Shown here: positions 19,930-29,643 of the stretch, piece after piece
Numbering within the stretch: the stretch's first letter is position 1
Layout of the letters: each line of letters begins with the position of its first letter
Origin: an uncultured Lachnospiraceae bacterium
GTDB lineage: Bacteria > Bacillota > Clostridia > Lachnospirales > Lachnospiraceae
Direction: 5' to 3'
NCBI GenBank assembly: GCA_902792005.1
Contig: CADAXW010000002.1
Span: forward strand, 6,292 to 70,291
Length of the DNA stretch: 64,000 bases
Program-made: the position numbers and the translations under genes
Notes under the pieces: generated by a model
What the model was told of the DNA's origin: nothing
Database searches by the model: none
Seen by the model: only the letters and a program-made list of their open reading frames with translations

Positions 19930-22900
19930 ATGATACCGATACATTTTGTCTTTTATTCGGATCTGGATCAGAGAACGGAACAGGCGTTCCGGGACCTGAC
20001 TCTTTCGAGCGAGTATTCCGATCTGTCCTATTCCATCCGGCATGGCGGAGATCTCGCGGCGCCGGTGGGAAGGACGCCGGTGCTGATCACGGGGGATCCC
20101 ATCAGACTTAAAAAAGCAAATGAACTGAATTTCCGAACGGTATTCTGCGCTGAGGCAGATCAGCTGGCAGACTGTTCATTTGACGTGCTTTGGCCGGCGG
20201 AGGAAACCGTTGTGGAGCGGGAGGCGCATTTTCGGCAGCTGCTTCATCTTCTTATGATGGAACACCTGGCGTGGGAATATGAGATGCTTCTGGACGTGAC
20301 CATTGATACGGTTCCGGACCTGATCTGGTATAAGCGTCTGGACGGGATCCACATGAAGGTGAATGATACCTTTGCAAAGACCGTTCAAAAGGATAAGAGC
20401 GATATTCGGGGAAAGGATCATTATTATATCTGGAATGCGCCGAGGCCAGCCGAGGGCGGCACCCTGGGACGTGACTGCAGTACCTCAGAAGAGATGACGA
20501 TCCGTTCCGGAAAAACCTGTTCCTTTGAAGAGGAGCTGGAGACCCGGGAGGGGATCAAGCAGCTGGTTACCTACAAGACACCGGTCTATGACTCCTTTGG
20601 GAAGGTGTATGGAACCGTAGGTCTGGGACATGATGTGACCAATATCCGGAATCTCGGAAACGAGCTTTCCATCCTGGTGGAGAATATCCCTCTGCCCATG
20701 TTTGCAGCGACCACGGATTGGGTAGCTGTGCGGATGAACAGCGCATTTATGGAGCTGTCCGGAACGGACAATTCCGAGATGGAAGCGTTTGATTATAAGA
20801 AGTGGAAGGAGGAGTGTCTGCTTCCCTCTTCCGAGGCGGTTGTTGACCGCGAACGTCATATCGTGAAGCAGGAGTTCTCCTGGACCGGAGACGGCGAAAC
20901 GAAGATCTTTCTGGTGATGGAGCAGGAGGTAAGGGACCATTTTGATCATATCTCCGGATACTTCTGTCTGCTGGAGGATGTGACCCTGCAGAGGATGCAT
21001 CTCCAGGAAATGGATCAGATGGTCACCACGGATGTGCTGACCGGACTCTACAATCGAAGATTTTTCTACAGTTATCTGACCGAACAGGCCGATAAGCTGT
21101 GGACCCTGCTTTATATGGATCTGGATGGCTTCAAGGGTGTCAATGATACCTTCGGTCATCATTTCGGAGACAAGACTCTGATCCGTGTGGCTGAACTGCT
21201 CCGGGAGCTGTTCCCTCAGTCCAAGGCGATCCGTCTGGGCGGAGATGAGTTTGCCGTCCTTCTGGAATCGGAAATGCAGGAGGGTGTCATTCAGAGCAAG
21301 ATCCATGAGCTGGAGGAACGGGTGGAAGGCCTGATCCCCGAAAAGCCGGGACTGCTGTCCATCAGTGTGGGCGTGGTTGCCCGCCGGGGCGAGATCAAGG
21401 ATATGGATGCCTTCATCCACGAAGGCGACTCCCGTATGTATGAGATCAAGAGAAAGCACCATGCGGAGCGGGAAGCAAGAAAGCCCGCGGCGCCGGGAGA
21501 CGGTGACGACATGGTTCAGCTTCGTTATATGAAGGGCTTCCGCAATGCATTTATTGAGTTGGAAGGCCAGCCATGGAACGAGGGGAGAGCGGATAATGTA
21601 ATGACCAGAACCCTTTGCTCCATGCTTCGGATCGCGCGGATCGAGGTCATGAGTTTCGCGAATCCGGAGGAAGAGCATGCCGGTACCGGGCGTGTGACGG
21701 AGATCTTCCGGGATGGAAAAGCCGATCCGAAGCGTTTTATCGACCGGAGAAATGTAACGCACGGCTACAATATCATCTTCATCCGTGCATTTCAGAAGGA
21801 GGGCGAGCCTGACTGGAATGATAACGAGCGCGAGGGCGTGGACCTGGTTCTGCGTATGATCTTCGTCATGGATGGACGCCAGAAGCTGATGCATATCGCA
21901 GAACGCCTCAGCTATCTGGATCAGGAAATGGACATCCACAATCATAGATATTATATGCTTTCTCTGGGACGTCTGCATCAGCAGAACCTGATCAGTAATT
22001 ATGTGGCGATCTTCCTGAATCTGAAGCGGTTCTCGGTGATCAACCTGACGCTGGGACGGGCTCTCGGAACAAAGGTGATGCAGCGCTATGTGAAGGCCAT
22101 TGAAGGATCCCTTATCGGAGACGAGATGATCTGCCGCGTGGGTGGTGACAATTTTACGCTTCTGGTCGAGAAGGACCGTGCAGAGGATATCATGGATATG
22201 GCTCTGGAGATGATGGTGGTCTATGATGATGAGACCGGTGACCGGATCCGGATCAATTCCACCATGGGTGTCTATGTGATCCCCGAGGATGGATCCATGA
22301 GTACACCGCCGGAGATCATGGACCGGATCAGCCGTGTCGGACTCCAGGCAAAGAGAAGCATGGATGAGAGCGTGATCTATTTTGACGCCTTCATGATGAG
22401 CAAGAGAGCCAGGGAGCTGGATATCGAGGCGAACTTCCGTGACTCCCTGAAGAATGAGGAATTTGAGGTTTACTATCAGCCGAAGGTGGATCTGGAAACC
22501 TATACCATGACGGGGGCTGAGGCACTGTGCCGTTGGAATCATGCCGGCCAGACCTTCCCGCCGGAGGGATTCGTTCCCCTTCTGGAGCAGACCATGGAGA
22601 TCTGCGCGCTGGATATGTATATTCTGGAGCGCGTGTGCTGTGATATCCGAAAATGGCTGGATGAGGGACGCCGTGTACCGCGGATCTCCGTGAACCTGTC
22701 CCGCAGGAATCTGGCAGACGTGGATCTGCTGAGGCACATCCTGGATATCGTTGACAGAAACAATGTTCCGCATGAATATCTGGAGATCGAGCTTACGGAG
22801 ACCACCACGGACGTTCAGTTCAGCGACCTGAAGCGGGTGGTTATGGGCCTGCAGAAAACAGGGATCCGTACGGCAGTGGATGACTTCGGCATCGGCTATT

Positions 22901-23217
22901 CATCCCTGACGCTGATCCGTGACATCCCCTGGGATGTTCTTAAGATCGACCGGAGCTTCCTTCCGGTGCAGGGGGATGAGCAGGAGTTTCAGAAGAATCT
23001 CATGTTCCGGTATGTGGTTGCCATGGCTCAGAGCATGGGACTCCGCTGTATCGTAGAAGGAATTGAGACACCGGACCAGCTGCGGCTGGTTCAGCAGAAT
23101 GGCTGTGATGAGGTACAGGGCTTCTTCTTCGACAGGCCCCTCAGGAGGGATGAATTCGTAAGAAGAATGGAGCGTACCGATTATGCGAAGCTGGCAGGAG
23201 CTGCCGGCGTTTGGTAG
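19930..23217 (+). CDS. PAS-PAS-GGDEF-GGDEF(degenerate)-EAL c-di-GMP enzyme
   Basis: PAS-like segments; D.LTGLYNRR and RLGGDEF; second domain RVGGDNF; AEAL and DDFGIGYSSL, QGFFF motifs. Confidence 0.9.
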   Translation: MIPIHFVFYSDLDQRTEQAFRDLTLSSEYSDLSYSIRHGGDLAAPVGRTPVLITGDPIRLKKANELNFRTVFCAEADQLADCSFDVLWPAEETVVEREAHFRQLLHLLMMEHLAWEYEMLLDVTIDTVPDLIWYKRLDGIHMKVNDTFAKTVQKDKSDIRGKDHYYIWNAPRPAEGGTLGRDCSTSEEMTIRSGKTCSFEEELETREGIKQLVTYKTPVYDSFGKVYGTVGLGHDVTNIRNLGNELSILVENIPLPMFAATTDWVAVRMNSAFMELSGTDNSEMEAFDYKKWKEECLLPSSEAVVDRERHIVKQEFSWTGDGETKIFLVMEQEVRDHFDHISGYFCLLEDVTLQRMHLQEMDQMVTTDVLTGLYNRRFFYSYLTEQADKLWTLLYMDLDGFKGVNDTFGHHFGDKTLIRVAELLRELFPQSKAIRLGGDEFAVLLESEMQEGVIQSKIHELEERVEGLIPEKPGLLSISVGVVARRGEIKDMDAFIHEGDSRMYEIKRKHHAEREARKPAAPGDGDDMVQLRYMKGFRNAFIELEGQPWNEGRADNVMTRTLCSMLRIARIEVMSFANPEEEHAGTGRVTEIFRDGKADPKRFIDRRNVTHGYNIIFIRAFQKEGEPDWNDNEREGVDLVLRMIFVMDGRQKLMHIAERLSYLDQEMDIHNHRYYMLSLGRLHQQNLISNYVAIFLNLKRFSVINLTLGRALGTKVMQRYVKAIEGSLIGDEMICRVGGDNFTLLVEKDRAEDIMDMALEMMVVYDDETGDRIRINSTMGVYVIPEDGSMSTPPEIMDRISRVGLQAKRSMDESVIYFDAFMMSKRARELDIEANFRDSLKNEEFEVYYQPKVDLETYTMTGAEALCRWNHAGQTFPPEGFVPLLEQTMEICALDMYILERVCCDIRKWLDEGRRVPRISVNLSRRNLADVDLLRHILDIVDRNNVPHEYLEIELTETTTDVQFSDLKRVVMGLQKTGIRTAVDDFGIGYSSLTLIRDIPWDVLKIDRSFLPVQGDEQEFQKNLMFRYVVAMAQSMGLRCIVEGIETPDQLRLVQQNGCDEVQGFFFDRPLRRDEFVRRMERTDYAKLAGAAGVW

Positions 23218-23259
23218 GAAACATAGTAAGAAACTTATTAACCTGTATGGAGACGTGAT

Positions 23260-25221
23260 ATGACCGAATTCAATGTCGATTTTGAATTGTGTTCCGTGCT
23301 CTTTCTCTGGATGCTGTTTGTCATCTCAAAACTGAGGAAAAGACTGGAGGGATATCAATCCCCTGTGTTCCAGATCTACCTCTACCTTGTGATGGCCAGC
23401 AACTTCCTGAATGTTGTCACGACGTATGCACTTCAATACCACGATACACTTCCGGCATTCTGGAACTGGGGACTGAATGTACTGTTCCTTTCGATCCAGA
23501 TGATACTACCGGGTGTCTTCATCATGTATATCTATCGGAAGCTGCCTGAGGTGACGGATATCGAGCGGAAGCTGGTAAAGACTACCGTGATCCCTGCACT
23601 GCTGGGCGTTCTTATGGTGCTTTCATCCCCTCTGACCCAGATGGTATTCTACTTTGATGAAGAAGGCTATCATCACGGGTGGATGCACATTTATCTTTAC
23701 ATCAACTTTATATTCTATTCCATTACGGCGCTGTTCCTGGCTGTCCGCTGGCGTAAGAAGGTAGGCTGGAAGGAATTCCCGCTGCTCTTTACCATGATCG
23801 GCGTAAATGTGGTCGCAGTGCTTGTTCAGTTTGCTGTTCCGGATATCATGCTGGCAGGCGTAGGAGCGGCGATGTCCGTATTCATCATGTACTTTACCTG
23901 CGAGAGCAACGTGTCCTTTATCGATCCTGTGACCGGCTCCCTGAACCGTGCGGCGCTGACGGACCGGATGAAGACGGACTACGGCAGGTATGAGACGGCG
24001 GACATCTATGCGGTGGCTCCGGATAATTTCAAGCTGATCAATGAGATGTATGGTCTGGACGGAGGAAATGCCATTCTCCATGTCCTTTCTGCAAGACTGT
24101 CCAAAGCCTTTGGAGATAAAAATGTATTCCGTTTCGGCGGGGACACCTTCGCAGTGATCGTAGCGGACCAGCGGGAAAGAGACCCAGGAGAGGAAATCCG
24201 GGAGATCGTCGGACAGCAGTTCAGTATTGGTGATGCTGAGGTCCTTCTCAGTGCATGCCTCGGCCTGGTCCATGTGAAAAATCATCCGTTGAACGAGCTG
24301 ATGTCTGCTGTGGAGTATGCGGTTGCAGAAGCAAAGGCCCTGGGCAAGGGAGAGTTCTTTGAGGTGGAGGAGAATGCCGCAAAGGCCATGGCCCGTAAGA
24401 AGGCCATTGAATCCACTATGCTGCAGCATATCCGGGAAGGACATTTTGAGGTACATTATCAGCTGATCTATGATATCCGCCGGAAGGGCTTCTACTCCAT
24501 GGAAGCTCTGGCCAGACTCAAGGTACCGGAGTATGGCTACGTATCTCCGGAGGAATTCATCAAGATGGCTGAAAAGAACGGAAGCATTACCCAGCTTGGA
24601 CTGATCGTGCTGGAGGAATGCTGCCGGTTCATCAGTGAATCGAATCTGCATGAGCTGGGCATCGACTTTATCGAGGTGAACCTGTCCATGGTGCAGTGTA
24701 TTCAGCCGGATATTCACCGGGATGTGCTGCGGATCATGCAGAAGTATCAGGTTCCCACGCATATGATCAACTTCGAGGTGACCGAGTCGGTGGCAGCCTC
24801 CTCCGAGGAGCTGCTGCTCCGGAATATGGAGCGGTTTACAGAGCAGAGGATACATTTCTCTTTGGATGACTACGGCTCCGGTTATTCCAATATCAATTAT
24901 CTGGTGGATCTGCCCTTCAGTATCGTTAAGATCGATAAGTATGTGGTATGGGCTGCCATGAAGAATGAGACATCCAGGATCATCCTGGAAAATACCATCC
25001 GGACCTTCAAGAACATCGGACTGCGCGTGGTTGCAGAAGGCGTTGAGGATCAGGCCATGGTAGATATGATCTGTGCCATGGGCACGGATTACATCCAGGG
25101 CTTCTTCTATGCGAAGCCGGTGCCGAAGGATCAGATCGTGGATCGTCTGAAGGATGAAATGAAGCGGCGCGAGGAAGAAGATCATGTGGAAGAGGAAAGC
25201 GGAAGCGAAGGCAGCGTATGA
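23260..25221 (+). CDS. Membrane-bound GGDEF(degenerate)-EAL phosphodiesterase
   Basis: About 7 N-terminal TM helices; DPVTGSLNR, RFGGDTF; MEAL, DDYGSGYSN, QGFFY. Confidence 0.9.
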   Translation: MTEFNVDFELCSVLFLWMLFVISKLRKRLEGYQSPVFQIYLYLVMASNFLNVVTTYALQYHDTLPAFWNWGLNVLFLSIQMILPGVFIMYIYRKLPEVTDIERKLVKTTVIPALLGVLMVLSSPLTQMVFYFDEEGYHHGWMHIYLYINFIFYSITALFLAVRWRKKVGWKEFPLLFTMIGVNVVAVLVQFAVPDIMLAGVGAAMSVFIMYFTCESNVSFIDPVTGSLNRAALTDRMKTDYGRYETADIYAVAPDNFKLINEMYGLDGGNAILHVLSARLSKAFGDKNVFRFGGDTFAVIVADQRERDPGEEIREIVGQQFSIGDAEVLLSACLGLVHVKNHPLNELMSAVEYAVAEAKALGKGEFFEVEENAAKAMARKKAIESTMLQHIREGHFEVHYQLIYDIRRKGFYSMEALARLKVPEYGYVSPEEFIKMAEKNGSITQLGLIVLEECCRFISESNLHELGIDFIEVNLSMVQCIQPDIHRDVLRIMQKYQVPTHMINFEVTESVAASSEELLLRNMERFTEQRIHFSLDDYGSGYSNINYLVDLPFSIVKIDKYVVWAAMKNETSRIILENTIRTFKNIGLRVVAEGVEDQAMVDMICAMGTDYIQGFFYAKPVPKDQIVDRLKDEMKRREEEDHVEEESGSEGSV

Positions 25222-25402
25222 CAAAGAAAAATATCAGCCGGCGCTGAAGACCAGTATCTGTACCGGGGAGCGTGTGGCCGGTCTGATCGATCTGGAGACC
25301 CGGAAGTTTCATGACATCCGGCTCATCCGAAGCGACAAGGAACTGCAGGTCTTTTGCAAAGAATATGGGGTGACAGAAGACCAGCTGAAGAGGATCGTAT
25401 AG
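25184..25402 (+). CDS. Small conserved hypothetical protein
   Basis: 72 aa with PALKTSICTGERVAG...FHDIRLIR..KEL..FCKEYG, a pattern I recognise from small Lachnospiraceae proteins; overlaps the upstream gene by 38 nt. Confidence 0.6.
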   Translation: MWKRKAEAKAAYDKEKYQPALKTSICTGERVAGLIDLETRKFHDIRLIRSDKELQVFCKEYGVTEDQLKRIV

Positions 25403-25406
25403 TCCT

Positions 25407-26129
25407 TTGGTGATGCCTATGAAAGGGAAGATGATAAAACGTGTCCTATACGTGATCCTGGGGACAGCCCTGCTGGGCGTAGGAAGCGGATGCTTTCGTA
25501 CGGCGGGGCTTGGTATGGATGCCCTTGGAAGCATGATCCTGGGGATCAGTGATTTCACGGGGATCTCCTATGGAAGTACGCAGCTGATGCTTAACGGCTT
25601 CCTGCTGGTGGTGATGTTTTTCCTGGACCGGAGGAACATCGGCATCGGGACGGTGATCAGTATGGCCGGCGTGGGTTACGTATCTGATTTTGTGGTATGG
25701 CTCCTAAAGGATGTCGCCGGTTTTCAGCCGGAGGGCTTTCTTCGTTCTGTGATGCTGATCCCGGCCATGTTTTTCCTTTCCTTCGGGATTGCATTCTATA
25801 TGACTCCCGCCCTTGGAACCGCGCCCTATGACGACGTTGCGGTGATCATCGAGGGAGTTTCAAAACACAGGATCAAGTTTCAGTATGCGCGGATCATCAC
25901 GGATGTGGTCAGCATGGGCATCGGCATTACATTTGCCCTGCTTGCCGGAGAGTCCGTATTCCGGGTGCTGGGAGTAGGAACCCTTGTAAATGCGCTGCTT
26001 ACGGGACCGCTGATCCAGATCTGCAGGAAGTATTTTGCACTTCCGCTGATGAAGGATCTGATCGTGGCCCGGGAGCCGGAGCGAGCGGAGAAATCGGAGC
26101 AGGCGGAAAAATCGGAGCAGGCGGAGTGA
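25407..26129 (+). CDS. YczE/YitT-family membrane protein
   Basis: Duplicated TM halves with GLGMDA / LGTAPYD and GIGTVI / GVGTLV motifs. Confidence 0.8.
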   Translation: MVMPMKGKMIKRVLYVILGTALLGVGSGCFRTAGLGMDALGSMILGISDFTGISYGSTQLMLNGFLLVVMFFLDRRNIGIGTVISMAGVGYVSDFVVWLLKDVAGFQPEGFLRSVMLIPAMFFLSFGIAFYMTPALGTAPYDDVAVIIEGVSKHRIKFQYARIITDVVSMGIGITFALLAGESVFRVLGVGTLVNALLTGPLIQICRKYFALPLMKDLIVAREPERAEKSEQAEKSEQAE

Positions 26130-26188
26130 GCGGAAGAGGCGGAAACTGCGAAGAAGGAGGAAAGCGCTGACAGCGGCGCGTGACTTGC

Positions 26189-26587
26189 ATGGATCGGGAG
26201 TTACAGGAGAAACTGAAGGAGAAGGCGCTGGAGGCGCGGGCACATGCATATGCGGTATATTCCGGCTATACGGTGGGCGCCGCAGCTTTGGGAACATCCG
26301 GCGCGATCTATGCAGGATGCAACGTGGAGAATGCGTCCTACGGACTCACCATGTGCGCAGAACGAAATGCGGTATTTGCGGCGGTGGCGGCAGGAGAGAA
26401 GAAGCTCAGAGCAATTCTGATCGTCGGACCGGAGGATGGAGAAAAGCCCTATCCCTGCGGCGCGTGCAGACAGGTGCTGGCGGAGTTCGCGGAGTCGCCG
26501 GACATGCCGATCCTTGTAGTGGCACCGGACGGGGGATGTGAGACGTATACTCTGGGGGACCTGCTTCCACATGGGTTTCAACTATAG
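26189..26587 (+). CDS. cdd: Cytidine deaminase
   Basis: GCNVENASYGLTMCAERNA and PCGACRQVL Zn motifs. Confidence 0.93.
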   Translation: MDRELQEKLKEKALEARAHAYAVYSGYTVGAAALGTSGAIYAGCNVENASYGLTMCAERNAVFAAVAAGEKKLRAILIVGPEDGEKPYPCGACRQVLAEFAESPDMPILVVAPDGGCETYTLGDLLPHGFQL

Positions 26588-26675
26588 AAGACCGGGGACC
26601 GGAGATGGAAGCATGCCCTGGACGGAAGCAGGCTGCGGAGAGTTGAATCGTCGTAAAAGAATTTAGGAGATCTGA

Positions 26676-27893
26676 ATGGACGGGGAGAAGGAAGAACAAA
26701 AGAATTCGGAGCTGCGTTATCGCATGTTCCGGATGGTGTCGGTAGGTGTTACGGATGAACCGCTGAATCAGGCCTATGATGTGGTCAGTACAGTGGCACT
26801 GGTCATCAACATGGCGGTGATGGTCATGAACACCTTTGACAACCTGGCTGAAAAATACGGTGATCTGTTCACGATTCTGGAGCATGTCACGGTATTCTTT
26901 TTTGCTGTGGACTATTTCCTGCGTCTATACACGGCGCAGTATCTCTATCCCGAATGTTCCCAGGGGAAGGCAACGGTGAAGTATGTTTTCTCATTTGCAG
27001 GCATCGTTGATCTCCTTTCCTTCCTGCCCTTCTATCTGCCATTCTTCTTCCCCAGCGGAGCCTCGGTATTCCGGTTCTTCCGGGTGGCGCGTATCATGCG
27101 TCTCTTCCGGATCAACGCATATTACGATTCATTAAATGTAATTACGGAGGTTCTGGCAAGCAAGAAGACACAGCTGCTGTCCTCGGTATTCATTATTCTG
27201 GTCCTGATGCTGGCGGCCAGTCTCTGTATGTACAGTGTGGAAAATGTAGCGCAGCCCGACGTGTTCGAGAATGCTTTTTCCGGTATCTGGTGGGCGGCAT
27301 CCACCCTGTTGACCGTGGGCTACGGTGATATATACCCGATCACCACCATGGGCAAGCTGCTTGGGATCGCGATCACATTTTTGGGCGTGGGCATGGTTGC
27401 CATTCCAACCGGTATCATTTCCGCAGGTTTCGTGGAGCAGTACACGAGACTGAAGCGGATTGGCGAGGTGGGGCTGGAGGAAACCATCACGTTTATCCAG
27501 GTGAAGCTTTCGGTGAGGGACGCCTGGGTCGGAAAGCGGATCAAGGAAACGGAGCTGCCTCACGGCGCGATGATCGCCGTGGTACAGCGCGGGCGGGACA
27601 CCATCGTTCCCCGCGGAAATGTAGTCCTGCAGGCCGGGGACAGGATCCTGATCGGCGCGGACAATTCCATGAAGGAAACGCCGGTTGAGATCAAGGAGAT
27701 CATTCTGGATAAAGATCATAAATGGAACGGCCAGGCGGTGCGGGATCTGGATATATCCAGACAGACATTTATCATAATGGTACGCCGCAGCGGCCGAATG
27801 ATCATTCCCAAGGGTGACACCGTGCTCCGGAACGGAGATGCAGTGGTGCTCTATTCCCAGAAGAAGGGGATTCCGGAGGAAGAGGAGGAGTAA
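26676..27893 (+). CDS. Potassium channel (ion transport domain plus two TrkA-C/RCK_C domains)
   Basis: S4-like FRFFRVARIMRLFR; selectivity filter TVGYGDIYP; two ..RG...IVPRG/PKGDT modules. Confidence 0.9.
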   Translation: MDGEKEEQKNSELRYRMFRMVSVGVTDEPLNQAYDVVSTVALVINMAVMVMNTFDNLAEKYGDLFTILEHVTVFFFAVDYFLRLYTAQYLYPECSQGKATVKYVFSFAGIVDLLSFLPFYLPFFFPSGASVFRFFRVARIMRLFRINAYYDSLNVITEVLASKKTQLLSSVFIILVLMLAASLCMYSVENVAQPDVFENAFSGIWWAASTLLTVGYGDIYPITTMGKLLGIAITFLGVGMVAIPTGIISAGFVEQYTRLKRIGEVGLEETITFIQVKLSVRDAWVGKRIKETELPHGAMIAVVQRGRDTIVPRGNVVLQAGDRILIGADNSMKETPVEIKEIILDKDHKWNGQAVRDLDISRQTFIIMVRRSGRMIIPKGDTVLRNGDAVVLYSQKKGIPEEEEE

Positions 27894-27894
27894 A

Positions 27895-28479
27895 ATGAAA
27901 CAAATGCATGAGATCCTGCTTGCTTCCGGGTCGCCCAGAAGAAGAGAACTTTTCACAGAGGCAGGTCTGAACTTCGAAGTCGTCAGTGTTGATGTGGATG
28001 AAACACCAAATGAGAAGGAGCCTGAGAAGGTGGCACAGGAGCTGTCCCGGAGGAAAGCCATTGCCGCAGACCGGGAGCCTGCCAGTGGCCGGAATAAGGT
28101 CATCGTAGCAGCAGATACGGTTGTGATCCATAACGGGAAGGTGCTGGGAAAGCCGAAGGACGAAGCAGATGCAGTCCGGATGCTGACAGAACTGTCCGGA
28201 GCAGTTCATGATGTGATCACGGGAGTGACTATCCTTACACCGGGCCGGGAAGAGGTGACATTTTCCCAAAGAACAAGGGTAAGATTTCGGCCGCTTTCGG
28301 AAGAAGAGATCCGGGACTATGTGGCAACAGGCGAGCCCATGGATAAGGCCGGAGCCTACGGGATCCAGGGTCTGGGCGGTCGGCTGGTGGAAGGGATCGA
28401 CGGAGATTTTAACAATGTAGTAGGCTTTCCGATAGACCGATTTTTAGCCATCATGAAGGCGATAGGAGAGCTGGCGTGA
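27895..28479 (+). CDS. maf: Maf-family nucleoside triphosphate pyrophosphatase
   Basis: LASGSPRRRELF, ADTVV, GKPKD, DKAGAYGIQG motifs; its stop codon lies inside the downstream repeat. Confidence 0.93.
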   Translation: MKQMHEILLASGSPRRRELFTEAGLNFEVVSVDVDETPNEKEPEKVAQELSRRKAIAADREPASGRNKVIVAADTVVIHNGKVLGKPKDEADAVRMLTELSGAVHDVITGVTILTPGREEVTFSQRTRVRFRPLSEEEIRDYVATGEPMDKAGAYGIQGLGGRLVEGIDGDFNNVVGFPIDRFLAIMKAIGELA

Positions 28480-28550
28480 CAAAGGGGACAGTCCCCATTG
28501 TCACGTTTTCCCAGGAAAACGTGACAAGCGGGACTGTCCCCTTTGTCACG
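28475..28550. repeat. 76-bp REPIN-like palindrome (inverted doublet of a 29-bp REP-like unit)
   Basis: GTGACAAAGGGGACAGTCCCCATTGTCAC - GTTTTCCCAGGAAAAC - GTGACAAGCGGGACTGTCCCCTTTGTCAC. Confidence 0.9.
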
Positions 28551-28554
28551 CGCA

Positions 28555-29208
28555 TCACGTAAGCTCAGTGTAATCACGGATGGTGCGTACTACGCCCGGA
28601 AGTGATTCTTTTATTTCTCCGGGCATGTCGGTGATGATATGGACGATGTTGTGGATCCCTGCGGCATAGGCGGCCTGGATCCCGACCTCGGCATCCTCAA
28701 AGGCGAGACAGAACTGTGCCGGCACCTTCAGCAGCTTTACCGCCGCCTGATACAGGGCGGGGTGGGGCTTTCCGGGCATGTTCTCGGATGCGTTCAGGAT
28801 GTGATCCCATTCAAACCAGCGGAAGAGCTCGAACTCGTCATAGTACATGAGCATGTTCGACAGCGGCGCCGAGGACGCGATGGCGACGGGCACTTCTGCC
28901 GTCTTCAGGTAATCGAGAAAGGTTTCCAGTCCCGGGGCAAGAGGGGGATGATCCTTCAGAAGCATGCTTCTGTAGATCCGCTCCTTTTCCTCCTGAAACT
29001 GCTGGATCGTGGCATCCGAAAGGCCCTCTCCGAGAAAATGTGCGAATATCTCCCGGGGCCCCTTTCCGTCGATATATTCCGCCACATCCGCATCGGACAG
29101 CTCTGTCATGGAGAGATCCTCCACACAGCGCCTCCAGGAATCCAGATGATATTTCCGGTCGAAGAGCATGGTTCCGTTAAAATCAAAAATCACTCCGATA
29201 TATTCCAT
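28555..29208 (-). CDS. HAD-family phosphatase (beta-PGM/CbbY-like)
   Basis: FDFNGTM motif I, IASS, GKPHP, FEDAEVGIQAA. Confidence 0.88.
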   Translation of the reverse strand: MEYIGVIFDFNGTMLFDRKYHLDSWRRCVEDLSMTELSDADVAEYIDGKGPREIFAHFLGEGLSDATIQQFQEEKERIYRSMLLKDHPPLAPGLETFLDYLKTAEVPVAIASSAPLSNMLMYYDEFELFRWFEWDHILNASENMPGKPHPALYQAAVKLLKVPAQFCLAFEDAEVGIQAAYAAGIHNIVHIITDMPGEIKESLPGVVRTIRDYTELT

Positions 29209-29232
29209 ACGTACCTCCTAAATGTTAAGGGG

Positions 29233-29308
29233 TGTGACAAAGGGGACAGTCCCCATTGTCACGTTTTCCTGGGAAAACGTGACAAGCGGGACAGTCCCCT
29301 TTGTCACA
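29233..29308. repeat. Second 76-bp REPIN-like palindrome
   Basis: Near-identical to 28475-28550. Confidence 0.9.
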
Positions 29309-29316
29309 TGTACATC

Positions 29317-29643
29317 CTATAGCAATCCACACCAGGTCATGATGAGCTCAGTCAGATAGACGGCAAGGCAGGAAGCCAGTGCGACAGTGGTAAGGGATCT
29401 CTTCTGCAGGGCCAGGATCACGGCGACTGCAAGACCTGCGCAGGCCGACACGACAGATGCGGTGGCGGTGAAGATGGCAGGGATGGTCATGGCGGTCAGT
29501 ACCGCGTAGGGTATATAGTACAGGAAGGAACGGATAAAACGATTCCGGATCCGTCCTCGTACCGCAACGAAGGGAAGGACGCGGATCAGATAGGTGGAGC
29601 CTGCCATAAGCAGCAGGTAGAGAAAGAAGGTCTTAAGCTCCAT
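29317..29643 (-). CDS. azlD: AzlD-family branched-chain amino acid exporter subunit
   Basis: TYLIRVLPF...FLYYIPYAVLTAM pattern; adjacent to azlC. Confidence 0.85.
   Translation of the reverse strand: MELKTFFLYLLLMAGSTYLIRVLPFVAVRGRIRNRFIRSFLYYIPYAVLTAMTIPAIFTATASVVSACAGLAVAVILALQKRSLTTVALASCLAVYLTELIMTWCGLL

Noticed and set aside
20485-22773. 762-aa antisense ORF
   Set aside because: Shadow of the GGDEF/EAL gene caused by codon bias; no motifs, His/Gln/Leu-rich antisense composition.
28475-28550. Palindromic repeats as a possible CRISPR array
   Set aside because: Units are inverted doublets with a fixed palindromic linker, not direct repeats with unique spacers.
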